From an uncultured delta proteobacterium (lineage in GTDB: Bacteria > Myxococcota_A > Polyangia > Fen-1088), in assembly GCA_963796685.1 (NCBI GenBank), contig CAWCMR010000025.1, positions 288,001-352,000 of the forward strand: a stretch of 64,000 nt of DNA. Reading direction: 5' to 3'. The translations under genes and the position numbers were made by a program. This document shows positions 22,305 through 32,353 of this stretch, one piece after another. The notes beneath the pieces were generated by a model. The model was not told where the DNA came from. It saw nothing but the letters and a program-made list of their open reading frames with translations, and did no database searches. Numbering within the stretch: position 1 is the stretch's first letter; each line of letters begins with the position of its first letter.

Positions 22305-23309
22305 CTAAGGTGCTTCCCACCGTCCCGAACGGGCCGAACGAAAAACCGCGTCGATGACGCGCATGTTGGCCACCGCGTCCTCGATGGGCACCGGGGCGGG
22401 ATCGCCCTTGGCGATGGCTTCGCAGAAGCGATCGCACTGAACGCCCCACTGATCGCAAGGCGGAAAACCGATCTCCTCGGCTTGGCGCGCGTCGTCCTCG
22501 ACGACGAGGCGGCTTGGCCGCTCGGCGGGCATGCTCCACGGAATTTCGACGCCGATGCGACCGCGGGTCCCGAGAATGTCCAGGTTCTGGTAGGGGGCAA
22601 GTTGGGTGGAGCACGTGAAGATGGTGTGTCCGTGAGGAAATTCCAAGATGGCCGAGGCCAATCGATCGACGCCGAACCTGGGATCGATTTCGAGCAGCCC
22701 CATCGTGCGCACGGGCTCCGCCTCGAAGAGGAAGCGCGACATGGTGATGGGGTAGAACCCGATGTCGAGCAGTCCGCCGCCGCCCATGTCGGGTTGGTGG
22801 CGCACGTTCGCGGGCGAGTCGTTGAAGTAGGAGAAGAAACCCGTCACCGCGCGCAACTCGCCGATGCGACCGCTGCGCACAATCTCACGCGCGCCCAACC
22901 AGCGCGGGTGCGTGCGTACCATGGCTGCTTCTTGCACGAGCTTTCCCGTGCGCTCGCGCGCGGCGACGAGCTCGGCGGCCTCGGCCGCGTCGCGCGCGAT
23001 GGGCTTTTCGCACAGTACGTGCTTGCCCGCCTCCAGCGCGCGGATCGACCACGGCACGTGCAGATGGTTGGGCAGCGGGATGTAGACGGCCTCGACCTCG
23101 GCATCGGCCAGCAGCTCTTCATAGGATCCGTAGGCGCGCGGGATGGCGAGGCGCGCCGCTGCGGCCTTTGCCTTGTCCTTCGTTCGCGAGGCGATGGCCA
23201 CCACACGCCCGGTGTGGCCGGCGGCAATGGCCGGAACGACCTTGTCGAGCGCGATCTTGGCCACGCCCAGAATACCCCAGCGTATTCGTCTTTCGTTCGT
23301 TGGTTCCAT
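22305..23309 (-). CDS. Gfo/Idh/MocA oxidoreductase
   Basis: IRWGILG, PLPNHLH, GKHVLCEKP, GGGGLLDIGFY. Confidence 0.92.
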   Translation of the reverse strand: MEPTNERRIRWGILGVAKIALDKVVPAIAAGHTGRVVAIASRTKDKAKAAAARLAIPRAYGSYEELLADAEVEAVYIPLPNHLHVPWSIRALEAGKHVLCEKPIARDAAEAAELVAARERTGKLVQEAAMVRTHPRWLGAREIVRSGRIGELRAVTGFFSYFNDSPANVRHQPDMGGGGLLDIGFYPITMSRFLFEAEPVRTMGLLEIDPRFGVDRLASAILEFPHGHTIFTCSTQLAPYQNLDILGTRGRIGVEIPWSMPAERPSRLVVEDDARQAEEIGFPPCDQWGVQCDRFCEAIAKGDPAPVPIEDAVANMRVIDAVFRSARSGRWEAP

Positions 23310-23378
23310 GGCGACCTTTCGATTGTCTCACGCGGAAGCGGGGTTCATGTTGTATAGACTCATCTTGACGAGGAATGC

Positions 23379-23963
23379 GTGACCAACCATCGAGAAGCCA
23401 TGTCCGCGGCGGTCGCGGCCCTGCTCCGGGCTGCGGGCCTCGATCCGGCCGGCGACGCGGACTTGAAGCAGACTCCCGAGCGGGTGGCCAAGTTGTGGCA
23501 AGAGGAGTTTCTCGCGGGCTATGCCATGGATCCGGCCAAAATTCTCGGCGATCTGGTGGTGGGAGAAACCGATCCGGATGTGGTCATCGTCAGTGGCTTG
23601 CGCTTTCATGCCATGTGTCCCCACCATCTTGTCCCCTTTCGCGGCGTCGCGCACCTGGCCTACATCCCGGCGGGCAAGCTGGCCGGATTCGGGCGGCTTG
23701 CCGATCTGGTCGAGTGCTTCACCAAACGCCTGACCCTGCAGGAACGCGCCACCCACCAGATCGCAGAGGCCCTGTGGCAAGGCACGGGCGCGCGCGGCGC
23801 CGGCTGTGTGATGGAGGCAGAACAACTTTGTCTGGCCCTGCCGGGCGAACGCCATGACAAGTCCGGTGTCCTCACCAGCGCATTTGTCGGAGAGATGCAG
23901 ACACGCCCGGATTTGAAGGCGCGCCTGCTCGCCGCCGCTCACCCCGAAGGCAAGGAGCGCTAG
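23379..23963 (+). CDS. folE: GTP cyclohydrolase I-like protein (divergent)
   Basis: TPERVAK, CPHHLVPF, LTLQER, GAGCVMEA..C. Confidence 0.8.
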   Translation: MTNHREAMSAAVAALLRAAGLDPAGDADLKQTPERVAKLWQEEFLAGYAMDPAKILGDLVVGETDPDVVIVSGLRFHAMCPHHLVPFRGVAHLAYIPAGKLAGFGRLADLVECFTKRLTLQERATHQIAEALWQGTGARGAGCVMEAEQLCLALPGERHDKSGVLTSAFVGEMQTRPDLKARLLAAAHPEGKER

Positions 23964-23964
23964 C

Positions 23965-24666
23965 ATGGCCCGGCTCGACGGACGTGTGGCAGTCGTCACG
24001 GGTGCCTCGCGCGGCATCGGACGGGCCATCGCGGTGTCCTTCGCGAAAAGCGGAGCCCGGGTGGCCGGCTGCGCTCTCGGCACCCGGGCCGGCAGCTTTC
24101 TCGACGATCTCGCCCCGGACCAGCAAAGCCGGTGCATGCACGCAACGTGCGACGTGCGTGTGCAGGGCGAGATCCTTCGCTTTCGCGATGAGGTGCTGAC
24201 CAAGCTTGGTGCGCCCGACGTGGTGGTCAACAACGCGGGCGTGGTGGCCCGGCAATCCTTCTCGAGCATGGCCATGGAGACCTGGAACGACGTCCTGGCA
24301 TCCAATCTTACGGGGACTTTCCTCGTGACCCAGGCTTTCCTTCCGTCCATGCAATCGCGGCACAGCGGGCGCATCATCAACCTGGATTCGATCGCCGGCC
24401 GCAGCGGGACAGCCATGTTGTCCGCCTATTGCGCGGCCAAGCACGGCGTCGTCGGGCTGACGCGCGCCTTGGCCGAGGAGCTGCGCAGCGTCGGAATTGT
24501 CATCAATGCCATCTGTCCCGGCTCGGTCGACACCGACATGCTCAGGCAGGGCATGCCGGGGGAAACGCCCAAGATGACCGTGGAAGATGTCGCGCGCGTG
24601 GCCCTGTTTCTCGCGGCGGATGCGCCACCGGCCCTCACTGGAGCGTGCATCGATGTCTTCGGATAA
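23965..24666 (+). CDS. SDR family oxidoreductase
   Basis: TGASRGIG, NNAG, YCAAK, CPGSVDT. Confidence 0.92.
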   Translation: MARLDGRVAVVTGASRGIGRAIAVSFAKSGARVAGCALGTRAGSFLDDLAPDQQSRCMHATCDVRVQGEILRFRDEVLTKLGAPDVVVNNAGVVARQSFSSMAMETWNDVLASNLTGTFLVTQAFLPSMQSRHSGRIINLDSIAGRSGTAMLSAYCAAKHGVVGLTRALAEELRSVGIVINAICPGSVDTDMLRQGMPGETPKMTVEDVARVALFLAADAPPALTGACIDVFG

Positions 24667-25330
24667 GACGGCCTCCTCGCGTGGACTCGGACGGGCGCTG
24701 CGACGTCTGCCCCTGTTTCCCCTCGAGGACGTGGTGTTGTTTCCCCACTCCATGATTCCCTTGCACATCTTCGAGGCGCGCTACCGCAAGATGGTCCGCG
24801 ACGTGCTCGGATCCAACCGACTGTTGGCCATCAGCCTACAGCTCGAAAAGGAAAGCCTGGAGGAGGGCAACATCCCGCGCGTGGCGAGCGTCGCATCCGT
24901 AGGCGAGCTCATCCTGGCCCAGGAGCTGCCCGACGGACGCTTCAACCTGGTCGTGCGTGGCCGGGCGCGCATCGGTATCGATGAAGAGCTGCCGAGCAAG
25001 GAGCCGTACCGCTTGATCGCTGCGCACGAGATCCCGGACGATCCAGCCACCCTGTTGTCGGATGTCGACGAGGCCGACACCACCTTGCGCGCGCTGGTGT
25101 CGGGCCTGGCCGAATCCATCCCCGAGGGCGGAGAGCTGCTCAAACACGTGGCCGCCGCGCAGGAAACCCCAGCAGCGCTGGCCAACGTGGTCGCGGCCTC
25201 GCTCATCGCCGACGCCAAAGCCCGGCAGCGCCTGCTCGAAACCACCGATGTCTTCCAGCGCTTGGAGCGTCTGTCGAACGAAGTGGTGGCCCTCATCGAC
25301 CGGGTGGGCAAGCCCAGCCGCGCGAATTGA
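24653..25330 (+). CDS. Stand-alone Lon N-terminal (substrate-binding) domain protein
   Basis: LPLFPL..VLFP..PLHIFEARY..LPDGRF; no AAA+ or protease domain. Confidence 0.88.
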   Translation: MSSDKTASSRGLGRALRRLPLFPLEDVVLFPHSMIPLHIFEARYRKMVRDVLGSNRLLAISLQLEKESLEEGNIPRVASVASVGELILAQELPDGRFNLVVRGRARIGIDEELPSKEPYRLIAAHEIPDDPATLLSDVDEADTTLRALVSGLAESIPEGGELLKHVAAAQETPAALANVVAASLIADAKARQRLLETTDVFQRLERLSNEVVALIDRVGKPSRAN

Positions 25331-25402
25331 AGCAGAACAGCGGCCTGCGGCACTTTGGGCGTGCGCCGGGTATACTGAACGCGAAGGAGAGGCCGGCCCG
25401 CT

Positions 25403-25948
25403 ATGAATTCCTCAATCTATCGAGCGTTCGAATCGTTCCTTCTCTTCGCCGTGCTGCTTTGGACGACGGTGGCGCAGGGGTGTGCAAGCAAAGCCAATCC
25501 CGTTTTGCCCTCGACGGGAGATCCCACTCAAGGCGGCCTTGTCGGAAGTGCGGTAATCGACAGTGCAGCGGCCGATGTCCTGCCAACAAGCGATGTTCAG
25601 GAAGATGCTGCGGACTCGGCCGCACCCAACGGACCCTGCGACTTATTCACGTACATGCAAACGCAGAAGGGCTGCCCGACAAGCCCGATACTCCAGGCCT
25701 GCTACCCCGTCAGTGGGTCGGGAAGATGCGAAGATGCCGGCGCCCAAGGCCTGCTCAACCCGTGCGTGCCCAGCGGTACCAGCGACGATACAACGACAAG
25801 ATGTGCTCCCGGATTGGCCTGCATTTCAGACCCAAACATGGGGCCAGTCTGTTTCCTTCTTTGCGATGCCAACCAGCTGGCATGCGACGGTGGCAGTCGT
25901 TGTGTTCGCATTGGGCCCACGAGCGCGGTGGGCACGTGCCAGCTGTAG
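25403..25948 (+). CDS. Cys-rich putative lipoprotein
   Basis: Hydrophobic N-terminus with VAQGC lipobox; Cys-rich C-terminal half (CAPGLAC..CFLLC). Confidence 0.7.
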   Translation: MNSSIYRAFESFLLFAVLLWTTVAQGCASKANPVLPSTGDPTQGGLVGSAVIDSAAADVLPTSDVQEDAADSAAPNGPCDLFTYMQTQKGCPTSPILQACYPVSGSGRCEDAGAQGLLNPCVPSGTSDDTTTRCAPGLACISDPNMGPVCFLLCDANQLACDGGSRCVRIGPTSAVGTCQL

Positions 25949-25949
25949 T

Positions 25950-27155
25950 CTAGTCTTTCGTCAGCGCCGGTCCCAACGAGACCGCATCGACCACGGCCAG
26001 GGCCAAGGCCAGTCCGTGTTCCAGGTAGGGCTCCGCCGCGATCAACTTGCGCGCCACATAGCCGGCCAGATCGAGGCGCGGGTGCAGGGACAAGACCAAG
26101 GTCGCGTGGCCGGCCGGCTTTGCAGGCAAGACGTCGATCCCCATCACCGCGCCCTGGGTATCGCCTTCCACCATGCGGGCACGCCACGGCCGCGGCCAAA
26201 CCTTCCACGTCCCGTCGAGCGAGAAGACGGGCAGATTGCTATCCACCTGCCAGCACAGGGTCGCGGGGTCCTTGCACGCGTCGGGGCGACCGCTCACGGG
26301 CGCGATCTTCCTCCATCCCGGCAAGGAGACGAATGGCTTCGGCTGCATGACCCGTCGAACGACCTGCTCGGCCGGCGCCGATACGTGCACGGCGACCTCC
26401 ACCCGCGCGAGACGTCCGTCCGCGCGACTTCGCACCGCTGCCAGGACCCGGGTGCCCTTGGCGTAGACATTGGCGGCATTGCCGGTCACCTCGCCGTTCA
26501 GGCTGGCGGGGTCGGGCGCGGCCATGGCGGCGGTCGGGCGGGCGGGCGACGCGCCTTCGGCCAGGCCGGCGAGCGACTTGAGCATGACGTAGACCGCGGC
26601 CACGGTGATGGCCGGCTCGGCAAGAGGTGCGTGCCGGACGATCTGGCGTGTGGCCCAGTTCGCGTCGCGCACGTTGGCGAAGCCGTCGATGGTCAACACC
26701 GACTGCTCCTTGGCTCCGGACCGCGCCTTTCGGACGCCGAGATGAAAGAGGCCGGGAGAAAAGTCCCCTTCCACGAGAGTGAGATCCACACCGCCCGGCC
26801 CCGGCTGCAGCCAAAGCTTGCCCTTCAGGTTGGAAATCGGAACCTCCAATTCCCAGGCGACCTCAAGGTCGGTCACGCCCGGTTTGCGTTCGCGCCTCGA
26901 CACGACCTCGACGCGGCGAAAGGATGGCATGGCCTTGGCGTAGGCGCCCGGATCCGCAACGATCTGCCGAACTTTGTCCACGGGCGCCGAGACCCGCGTA
27001 GCCAAGAGCACGTGCACCGGGCGTGCTCCGGCCGGGGCGTTCATGAGCACCAGATCCGCGTCGCCAAGCCGGTGGAGAGCGGCCGACACGTCCTCCGCGC
27101 TGGCCAGGCTCGCGGCGCTGGTCAGGCAAAGCAGGAATGCCGCGCCTGCGACCAT
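25950..27155 (-). CDS. Secreted hypothetical protein with two START/SRPBCC-like repeats
   Basis: Signal peptide; two similar segments (VSAPVDKVRQIVADP..LVEGD / VSAPAEQVVRRVMQP..MVEGD). Confidence 0.6.
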   Translation of the reverse strand: MVAGAAFLLCLTSAASLASAEDVSAALHRLGDADLVLMNAPAGARPVHVLLATRVSAPVDKVRQIVADPGAYAKAMPSFRRVEVVSRRERKPGVTDLEVAWELEVPISNLKGKLWLQPGPGGVDLTLVEGDFSPGLFHLGVRKARSGAKEQSVLTIDGFANVRDANWATRQIVRHAPLAEPAITVAAVYVMLKSLAGLAEGASPARPTAAMAAPDPASLNGEVTGNAANVYAKGTRVLAAVRSRADGRLARVEVAVHVSAPAEQVVRRVMQPKPFVSLPGWRKIAPVSGRPDACKDPATLCWQVDSNLPVFSLDGTWKVWPRPWRARMVEGDTQGAVMGIDVLPAKPAGHATLVLSLHPRLDLAGYVARKLIAAEPYLEHGLALALAVVDAVSLGPALTKD

Positions 27156-27261
27156 GTCAGGCGCCCTTCCAGCCAGGTTCGGGAGATGCTCCGCGCACGA
27201 CGCGCGCAGATTCTAGCAGCCTTTCCCGCGACTCCCGGGCAAAGGTTGACGGAGTATTGAC

Positions 27262-27336
27262 ATGGAAACCCTCGGAGGGTTTCCATACCTTCCCGCGATG
27301 GTTCGCGGCCAGCAAAGCTGGCGGCGAACCACGCGG
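27262..27336 (+). repeat. Two-hairpin REP-like element, copy 1
   Basis: atggaaaccctc-g-gagggtttccat, then hairpin ccgcgatggttcgc..gccagc-aaa-gctggc..gcgaaccacgcgg; homologous to 37982-38059. Confidence 0.8.
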
Positions 27337-28326
27337 CTATTTCTCGACCATCTGGTCGTAGAAGGCGAGGTACTCGTCGGGTCGGTCGCCCTCGCGCACG
27401 GCGATGGCCGAGCGCGGGTGCTCGTTGAGCATGCCGGTGATCATGTAGGGAATGCTGTAGCCCCAGTCCATCTTCTCGCGCAAGGGAAGGAATTCCTTCT
27501 CGATGCAGGCGATGACCGGACGCAGATGGAATTTGGGATTCTTGAGAAAAGCGAGCAGGAGCTCGAGCGGGCAGTTGCCCGCGCCGCGGCCGAGCCCGGC
27601 GATGGTGGCGTCCAGCCGATCGGCGCCCACGATGAGCGCCTCGATGGTGTTGGCGTACGCGAGCTGCATGTTGTTGTGGGCATGGATTCCTACGTGCTTG
27701 CCCGAGCCTTCCAGGGCGGCGAGAAAGCCCAGAACGATGTCGTGCACCTGTTCGGAATAGAGCGATCCGTTGGAATCCACCACATAGACCGTGTCGACCG
27801 GGCTCTTGGCCGAGGCTGCCAAGGCGTCCTCGATTTCGCGATCTTGCACCGAGGCGATGGACATGATGTTGAGCGACGTCTCATAGCCCTTGTCGTGCGC
27901 GTCCTTGATCATGTCGAGGGCGCCCGGGATCTGGTTGATGTAGCAGGCCACGCGCACACAATCGATCACGCTTTGATCCTTGGGCAGGATGTCGGTCTTG
28001 TAGTCGGTGCGATCCACATCGGCCATGACCGAGAGCTTGATGGTGCGCGGGCCATCGCCCACGACGCGACGGACGAGATCCTCTTCGCAAAACTTCCACT
28101 CGCCGTGCTGGCCGGCCGCGAAGAGCCGACGGGCTCCCTTGTAACCGAGCTCGCAGTAGTCGACGCCCGCGGCGACACAGGTCTCATACACCGCCCTGAC
28201 GAAAGATTCGTCGAACTTGTGATTGTTCACGAGCCCGCCGTCGCGGATGGTGCAATCGAGAATCTTGATGTCGGGCCTGTAGCTGACCCAGTTGCCCTTC
28301 GCGTCCACGTGTTTTCTGTGCAGCAT
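27337..28326 (-). CDS. DRE-TIM metallolyase (HMGL-like / 4-hydroxy-2-oxovalerate aldolase-like)
   Basis: LDCTIRDGG, DSNG, GIHAHNN, GLGRGAGN. Confidence 0.88.
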   Translation of the reverse strand: MLHRKHVDAKGNWVSYRPDIKILDCTIRDGGLVNNHKFDESFVRAVYETCVAAGVDYCELGYKGARRLFAAGQHGEWKFCEEDLVRRVVGDGPRTIKLSVMADVDRTDYKTDILPKDQSVIDCVRVACYINQIPGALDMIKDAHDKGYETSLNIMSIASVQDREIEDALAASAKSPVDTVYVVDSNGSLYSEQVHDIVLGFLAALEGSGKHVGIHAHNNMQLAYANTIEALIVGADRLDATIAGLGRGAGNCPLELLLAFLKNPKFHLRPVIACIEKEFLPLREKMDWGYSIPYMITGMLNEHPRSAIAVREGDRPDEYLAFYDQMVEK

Positions 28327-28441
28327 CGTCGTCCACTTTCATTTGCCCGGCGTCCCCCGGCAAGGCGCCCTTCATACCACGATCGCCTGCGGCGCCAAGG
28401 CTCCGAAGTGGTACGTAGGTGCTTGACAGAAGAGGAGGCCT

Positions 28442-28642
28442 CTAAGGAAGAAAGGAAGCCAGGAAGCGGGGGATGGCCGTTGGAAGGATTCTCGTAGACC
28501 GCCTCCAGGAATCCAGGGTCAAGTGCGTTCCGATCGCAGCGCCGATGACACCGCCGGTTAGCTTCTCATGCTCGCTCCCATCTGCTTGTCCTGTTGGGAG
28601 TACGGCTTGTTCTCTTTCTTCCTGCTTTCCTGGCTTCCTTAG
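28442..28642. repeat. Purine-rich periodic inverted repeat pair
   Basis: ctaaggaagaaaggaagccaggaag ... cttcctgctttcctggcttccttag. Confidence 0.65.
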
Positions 28643-28772
28643 ACGTTAGCGGTCCCGGGCCTTGAGCGTTGCATGGGCTGTCCCCTCAAATCAGTTTGGC
28701 ACCCGTCGTGCCGTTTGAGATGGTGACGGGGGAGGACCGGAAGCGCAGGCCCGACGCCGCCAGCGGCCCTGC

Positions 28773-28844
28773 TCGCGTGGGCGAAGGCGGGCTTCGCTCG
28801 CCGGAGCCCGTCGCGGGAGGCGCGGAACCCTTCGAGGGTTCCGC
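28773..28844 (-). repeat. Two-hairpin REP-like element, copy 2 (reverse)
   Basis: Reverse complement reads gcggaaccctcgaagggttccgc-gcctcccgcgacgggctccggcgagcgaagcccgccttcgcccacgcg. Confidence 0.75.
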
Positions 28845-28887
28845 AGTAGATCGTCGGCCGTCGTCGCCTCAAGATCCCGGCGCCACC

Positions 28888-30333
28888 TTATCTACCGCTG
28901 AAGAGAAGCCAGGCGAAAAGCGCGCCAATGACCACGGCGCCGGCCATGATGCCAAGCAGGACCCCGCGCGGGATCCCGTGCGGCCGCGTGGGCTGCATGG
29001 GAGCGTAGGCGCCCGACATCTGCACAGGCTGGGAGAAGACCTGCAAGTTGGCCATGGGACCAGGTGGCGGCGCGCTCGGCGGCGGAACAGGTGGCCCGGC
29101 CAAGGGCATGGGTTGGCTCTGCCTGGCCTGCATGTCGTTCACGGTGTCGCGCTGGTAGGGCTGGGAATCCCGGCGCGGAAATTCGCCCACCGTGTCGCGG
29201 CGGCCGCTCGATCGCCGGTCCGGCCAATCGGCCTCGGACGACCACGCGCGCGGATCGATGAAGCTGCCCACCTGCACGCCGCCGTCGGCGGGCGCGACCA
29301 CCTGGCCATCCTGGGCGGCATCGTCGAAATCCAGCGAGGTGAAGGCATCGAGCTCGGAGTGCAAGACGGTGTCGATGGTCCCGAAGCGCTTGGCCTTGCC
29401 GCCGGAAGACTGGGTGGCCTGATCCTCGATGCAGGAGCGAACCAATTCCGCGATGTCACGCTGGATCATCTTCAACCCGCGCGAGAACAGGTAGTGCGCC
29501 AGCGCATCCTGCAGATCGGTGGCGGTCTGGAAGCGATCTTCCGTGCGCCGGGCCAGCGCCTTTCGGCAGATCTCCTCGAACTCGGGTTCGACCTCGGGGT
29601 TCTGCGTGGCGATGGGCGGGATCTTGGCGTTGCGGACCAGCTCCACCGTCTGGTAGTCGGTGTCTCCATAGAACAGCCGCTTGCTGGTCAGCATTTCGTA
29701 AAGGAGGATCCCGACGGAAAAGATGTCCGCGCGTTGGTCGACGTTCTCGCCGCGCGCCGCCTCGGGCGAGAGATAGCTCATCTTGCCCTTGACCACGCCG
29801 GGATCGGTCGATTCCACCTGACTGGCGGCCTTGGCCAGCCCGAAGTCGGCCAGCTTGATTTCCCCGTTCTTCGAGATGAGCACGTTGGCGGGCGAAACGT
29901 CGCGATGGACGATGCCCAGGCGCTCGCCGGTTTCGGGGTGGACGAGATCGTGGGCATAGGCCAGCCCCTTGCAGACCTCCATGATCATGTAGATGGTCTG
30001 ACCGATGGTCAGGCGGCGGCCGATGCGACGGCGCCATTCCATAATCGCCTTCAGATCCACCCCATCGACGAACTCCATCACGATGAAGTACGTGTCGTCG
30101 GCGTGGCCGATGTCGAAGACCTGGACGATGTTGGCGTGCTGGAGGAACAGCGACAGCCGCGCCTCGTCCAGGAACATGGTGATGAACTTCTGGTTCTTGG
30201 TCAGGGCGGGCAAGACGCGCTTGATGGCGACGTTCTTGCGGAAACCCTGCAAGGATTCGGCGACGCCTTTGAAGACCTCCGCCATACCACCGGCAGCAAT
30301 ACGCTCTGTGATTCGATAACGACTATCGGGCAT
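28888..30333 (-). CDS. Ser/Thr protein kinase with C-terminal TM
   Basis: GGMAEVF, VAIK, HRDVSPAN, DFG, YLSPE all intact. Confidence 0.93.
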   Translation of the reverse strand: MPDSRYRITERIAAGGMAEVFKGVAESLQGFRKNVAIKRVLPALTKNQKFITMFLDEARLSLFLQHANIVQVFDIGHADDTYFIVMEFVDGVDLKAIMEWRRRIGRRLTIGQTIYMIMEVCKGLAYAHDLVHPETGERLGIVHRDVSPANVLISKNGEIKLADFGLAKAASQVESTDPGVVKGKMSYLSPEAARGENVDQRADIFSVGILLYEMLTSKRLFYGDTDYQTVELVRNAKIPPIATQNPEVEPEFEEICRKALARRTEDRFQTATDLQDALAHYLFSRGLKMIQRDIAELVRSCIEDQATQSSGGKAKRFGTIDTVLHSELDAFTSLDFDDAAQDGQVVAPADGGVQVGSFIDPRAWSSEADWPDRRSSGRRDTVGEFPRRDSQPYQRDTVNDMQARQSQPMPLAGPPVPPPSAPPPGPMANLQVFSQPVQMSGAYAPMQPTRPHGIPRGVLLGIMAGAVVIGALFAWLLFSGR

Positions 30334-30425
30334 CGGGCGGGCCGCCTGACTTGATGGCGCGGAGTATATAGCAAAGCCGAAATGGCTGCGCGGGCAAAAC
30401 CGAGATCCGGGGATCCGGGCGACCG

Positions 30426-30854
30426 CTATTCGTCCGCAACCCCAAGCTCGCCCAGTCCGCCGCCGTCGAGACCCGCGCCCTGCCCGGCCTGCTCGACCGC
30501 GGCTTCGTCGCGCTCGTTCTGCTCCTTGCAGTCGATGCACAGGGTGGTCACGGGGCGGGCCAGAAGCCGTTTGAAGGCGATCTTTTCCCCGCAGCTCTCG
30601 CACACGTCGATGGAATCATCCTTGAGTCGGGCGAGCTGCTTGTCGACTTTGCCGAGGAGGTACTTCTCGCGGTCGTGCAAGCGCATCTCGGTGGAGAAGA
30701 TCTCCTCTTCCATGGACTCGTCGATGGAGTCGCGTCCGATGTTACGCTCGTGATTCATGGAGTAACTCAACGCGCGTTCGCCCACCTTGGCCAGACGTTT
30801 TCTGGCTGTCTCGAGCACGCCTTGGAGTTGTTCCTTCTCAGCTTTGGTCAGCAT
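30426..30854 (-). CDS. TraR/DksA family transcriptional regulator
   Basis: DSIDES coiled-coil tip; CESC..RLLARPVTTLCIDC zinc finger. Confidence 0.9.
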   Translation of the reverse strand: MLTKAEKEQLQGVLETARKRLAKVGERALSYSMNHERNIGRDSIDESMEEEIFSTEMRLHDREKYLLGKVDKQLARLKDDSIDVCESCGEKIAFKRLLARPVTTLCIDCKEQNERDEAAVEQAGQGAGLDGGGLGELGVADE

Positions 30855-30962
30855 GATTTCCTCGCGAAATGTGGGCCTATGAAGAACCTTCGGTAGGATG
30901 GTCCACCGAGTTTAGCGTCCTTGTGCGCCTGTGGTGCGATCCTGGCGCCGAGTCTAGCGCGG

Positions 30963-32168
30963 CTAGGACGCCTTTTTCTCCTTGATTAGCTGGGGTCGCC
31001 CACGCGAAACAACCACATCGCGGGTGACGACGCACTCCGTGACCCCGGACAGCGAGGGGATCTCGTACATCACGTCGAGCATGACTTCTTCCAGAATGGC
31101 GCGTAGGCCGCGCGCGCCGGACTTGCGCCGGGCGGCTTCCTCGGCCACGCTGCGCAGGGCATCCTCGGTGAAGCGAAGCTTGACCCCTTCCATTTCCAGC
31201 AGGCGCTCATACTGCTTGGACAGGGCGTTCTTGGGCTTCCACAGGATTTGGGCCAAATCGTCCACGTCGAGCTCGTCGGCGCCGACGATGATGGGCAGAC
31301 GGCCCATGAACTCAGGAATCATGCCGAACTTGATGAGATCCTCGGTGCGGGCCTTGGCGCGCAGCTCGTTCTTGGACTCCTCGCCCTTGGCGATGGCGGC
31401 ACCGAAGCCGAGTCCGCTCTTGCCGATGCGCCGGCGGACGATCTCTTCGAGCCCGTTGAAGGCGCCGGTGCAGACGAAAAGGATGTTGGTGGTGTCGACC
31501 TGAATCAGCTCCTGCTGCGGCCGATTGCGCGCCCCATCGGGGGTGATGGTGGCCTGTTTTCCTTCCAGGATCTTGAGCAAAGCCTGCTGCACGCCCTCGC
31601 CGGATACGTCGCGGGTGACCGACGGTCCGCCGCCCTTGCGCGAGATCTTGTCGATCTCGTCGATGCACACGATGCCGCGCGAGGCCTTCTCGGGGTCGTT
31701 GCCGGCGTTGCGGTACAGCGACTTGATGACACTGTCCACGTCCTCGCCCACGTAGCCCGCCTCGGTCAAGGTGGTGGCGTCGGCCATGGCAAAGGGAACG
31801 TCGAGCTTGCGTGCCAGGGTTTGCACGAGCAGGGTCTTGCCGCAGCCGGTGGGACCGATGAGCAGGATGTTGCCCTTCTGGATCTCCACGTCGGCCGCCT
31901 TGCCCCGCTGGCCGATGCGCTTGTAGTGGTTGTAGACGGAAACCGAAAGCGCCTTCTTGGCCCGCTCCTGGCCGATGACGTATTTGTCGATCTCGTCGTA
32001 GATCTCGCGCGGCCGCGGGTAGCGCGGACGTTCCGCCGCCTCTTCCTTGGCGATGATATCGTTGCAGAGGGCAACGCACTCGTCGCAAATGAAGACGCGC
32101 GGACCCGAGATGAGCTTTCTCACCTCGCGCCGGCGCTTCTGGCAGAAGGAGCAATGGAAGTCGTCCAT
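30963..32168 (-). CDS. clpX: Clp protease ATPase subunit ClpX
   Basis: CSFC..ICDEC zinc domain, [32 protein letters not shown] loop, GARGLR. Confidence 0.95.
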   Translation of the reverse strand: MDDFHCSFCQKRRREVRKLISGPRVFICDECVALCNDIIAKEEAAERPRYPRPREIYDEIDKYVIGQERAKKALSVSVYNHYKRIGQRGKAADVEIQKGNILLIGPTGCGKTLLVQTLARKLDVPFAMADATTLTEAGYVGEDVDSVIKSLYRNAGNDPEKASRGIVCIDEIDKISRKGGGPSVTRDVSGEGVQQALLKILEGKQATITPDGARNRPQQELIQVDTTNILFVCTGAFNGLEEIVRRRIGKSGLGFGAAIAKGEESKNELRAKARTEDLIKFGMIPEFMGRLPIIVGADELDVDDLAQILWKPKNALSKQYERLLEMEGVKLRFTEDALRSVAEEAARRKSGARGLRAILEEVMLDVMYEIPSLSGVTECVVTRDVVVSRGRPQLIKEKKAS

Positions 32169-32353
32169 ACCTCCGTCCAGTATTGCACCGGGAAACAGGT
32201 GAAGCCAAGAGGAAGGCGACGATTCTGTGAAGGGCTCAGAATCTTTCTTGCGCCACGGCAGCGTTCGTGCTCCGCTAGCTCTCCCACGAGTTTGTGCCGG
32301 CACGCGTGCAATCCCTAGGGGCGGGTCCGGACCTCGTTGTATCATGGAGGGAC

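Noticed and set aside
28697-28713. Sigma-54 promoter TGGCACC-N4-GTGCC
   Set aside because: It is the stem of a palindrome among repeats and far from any correctly oriented start codon.
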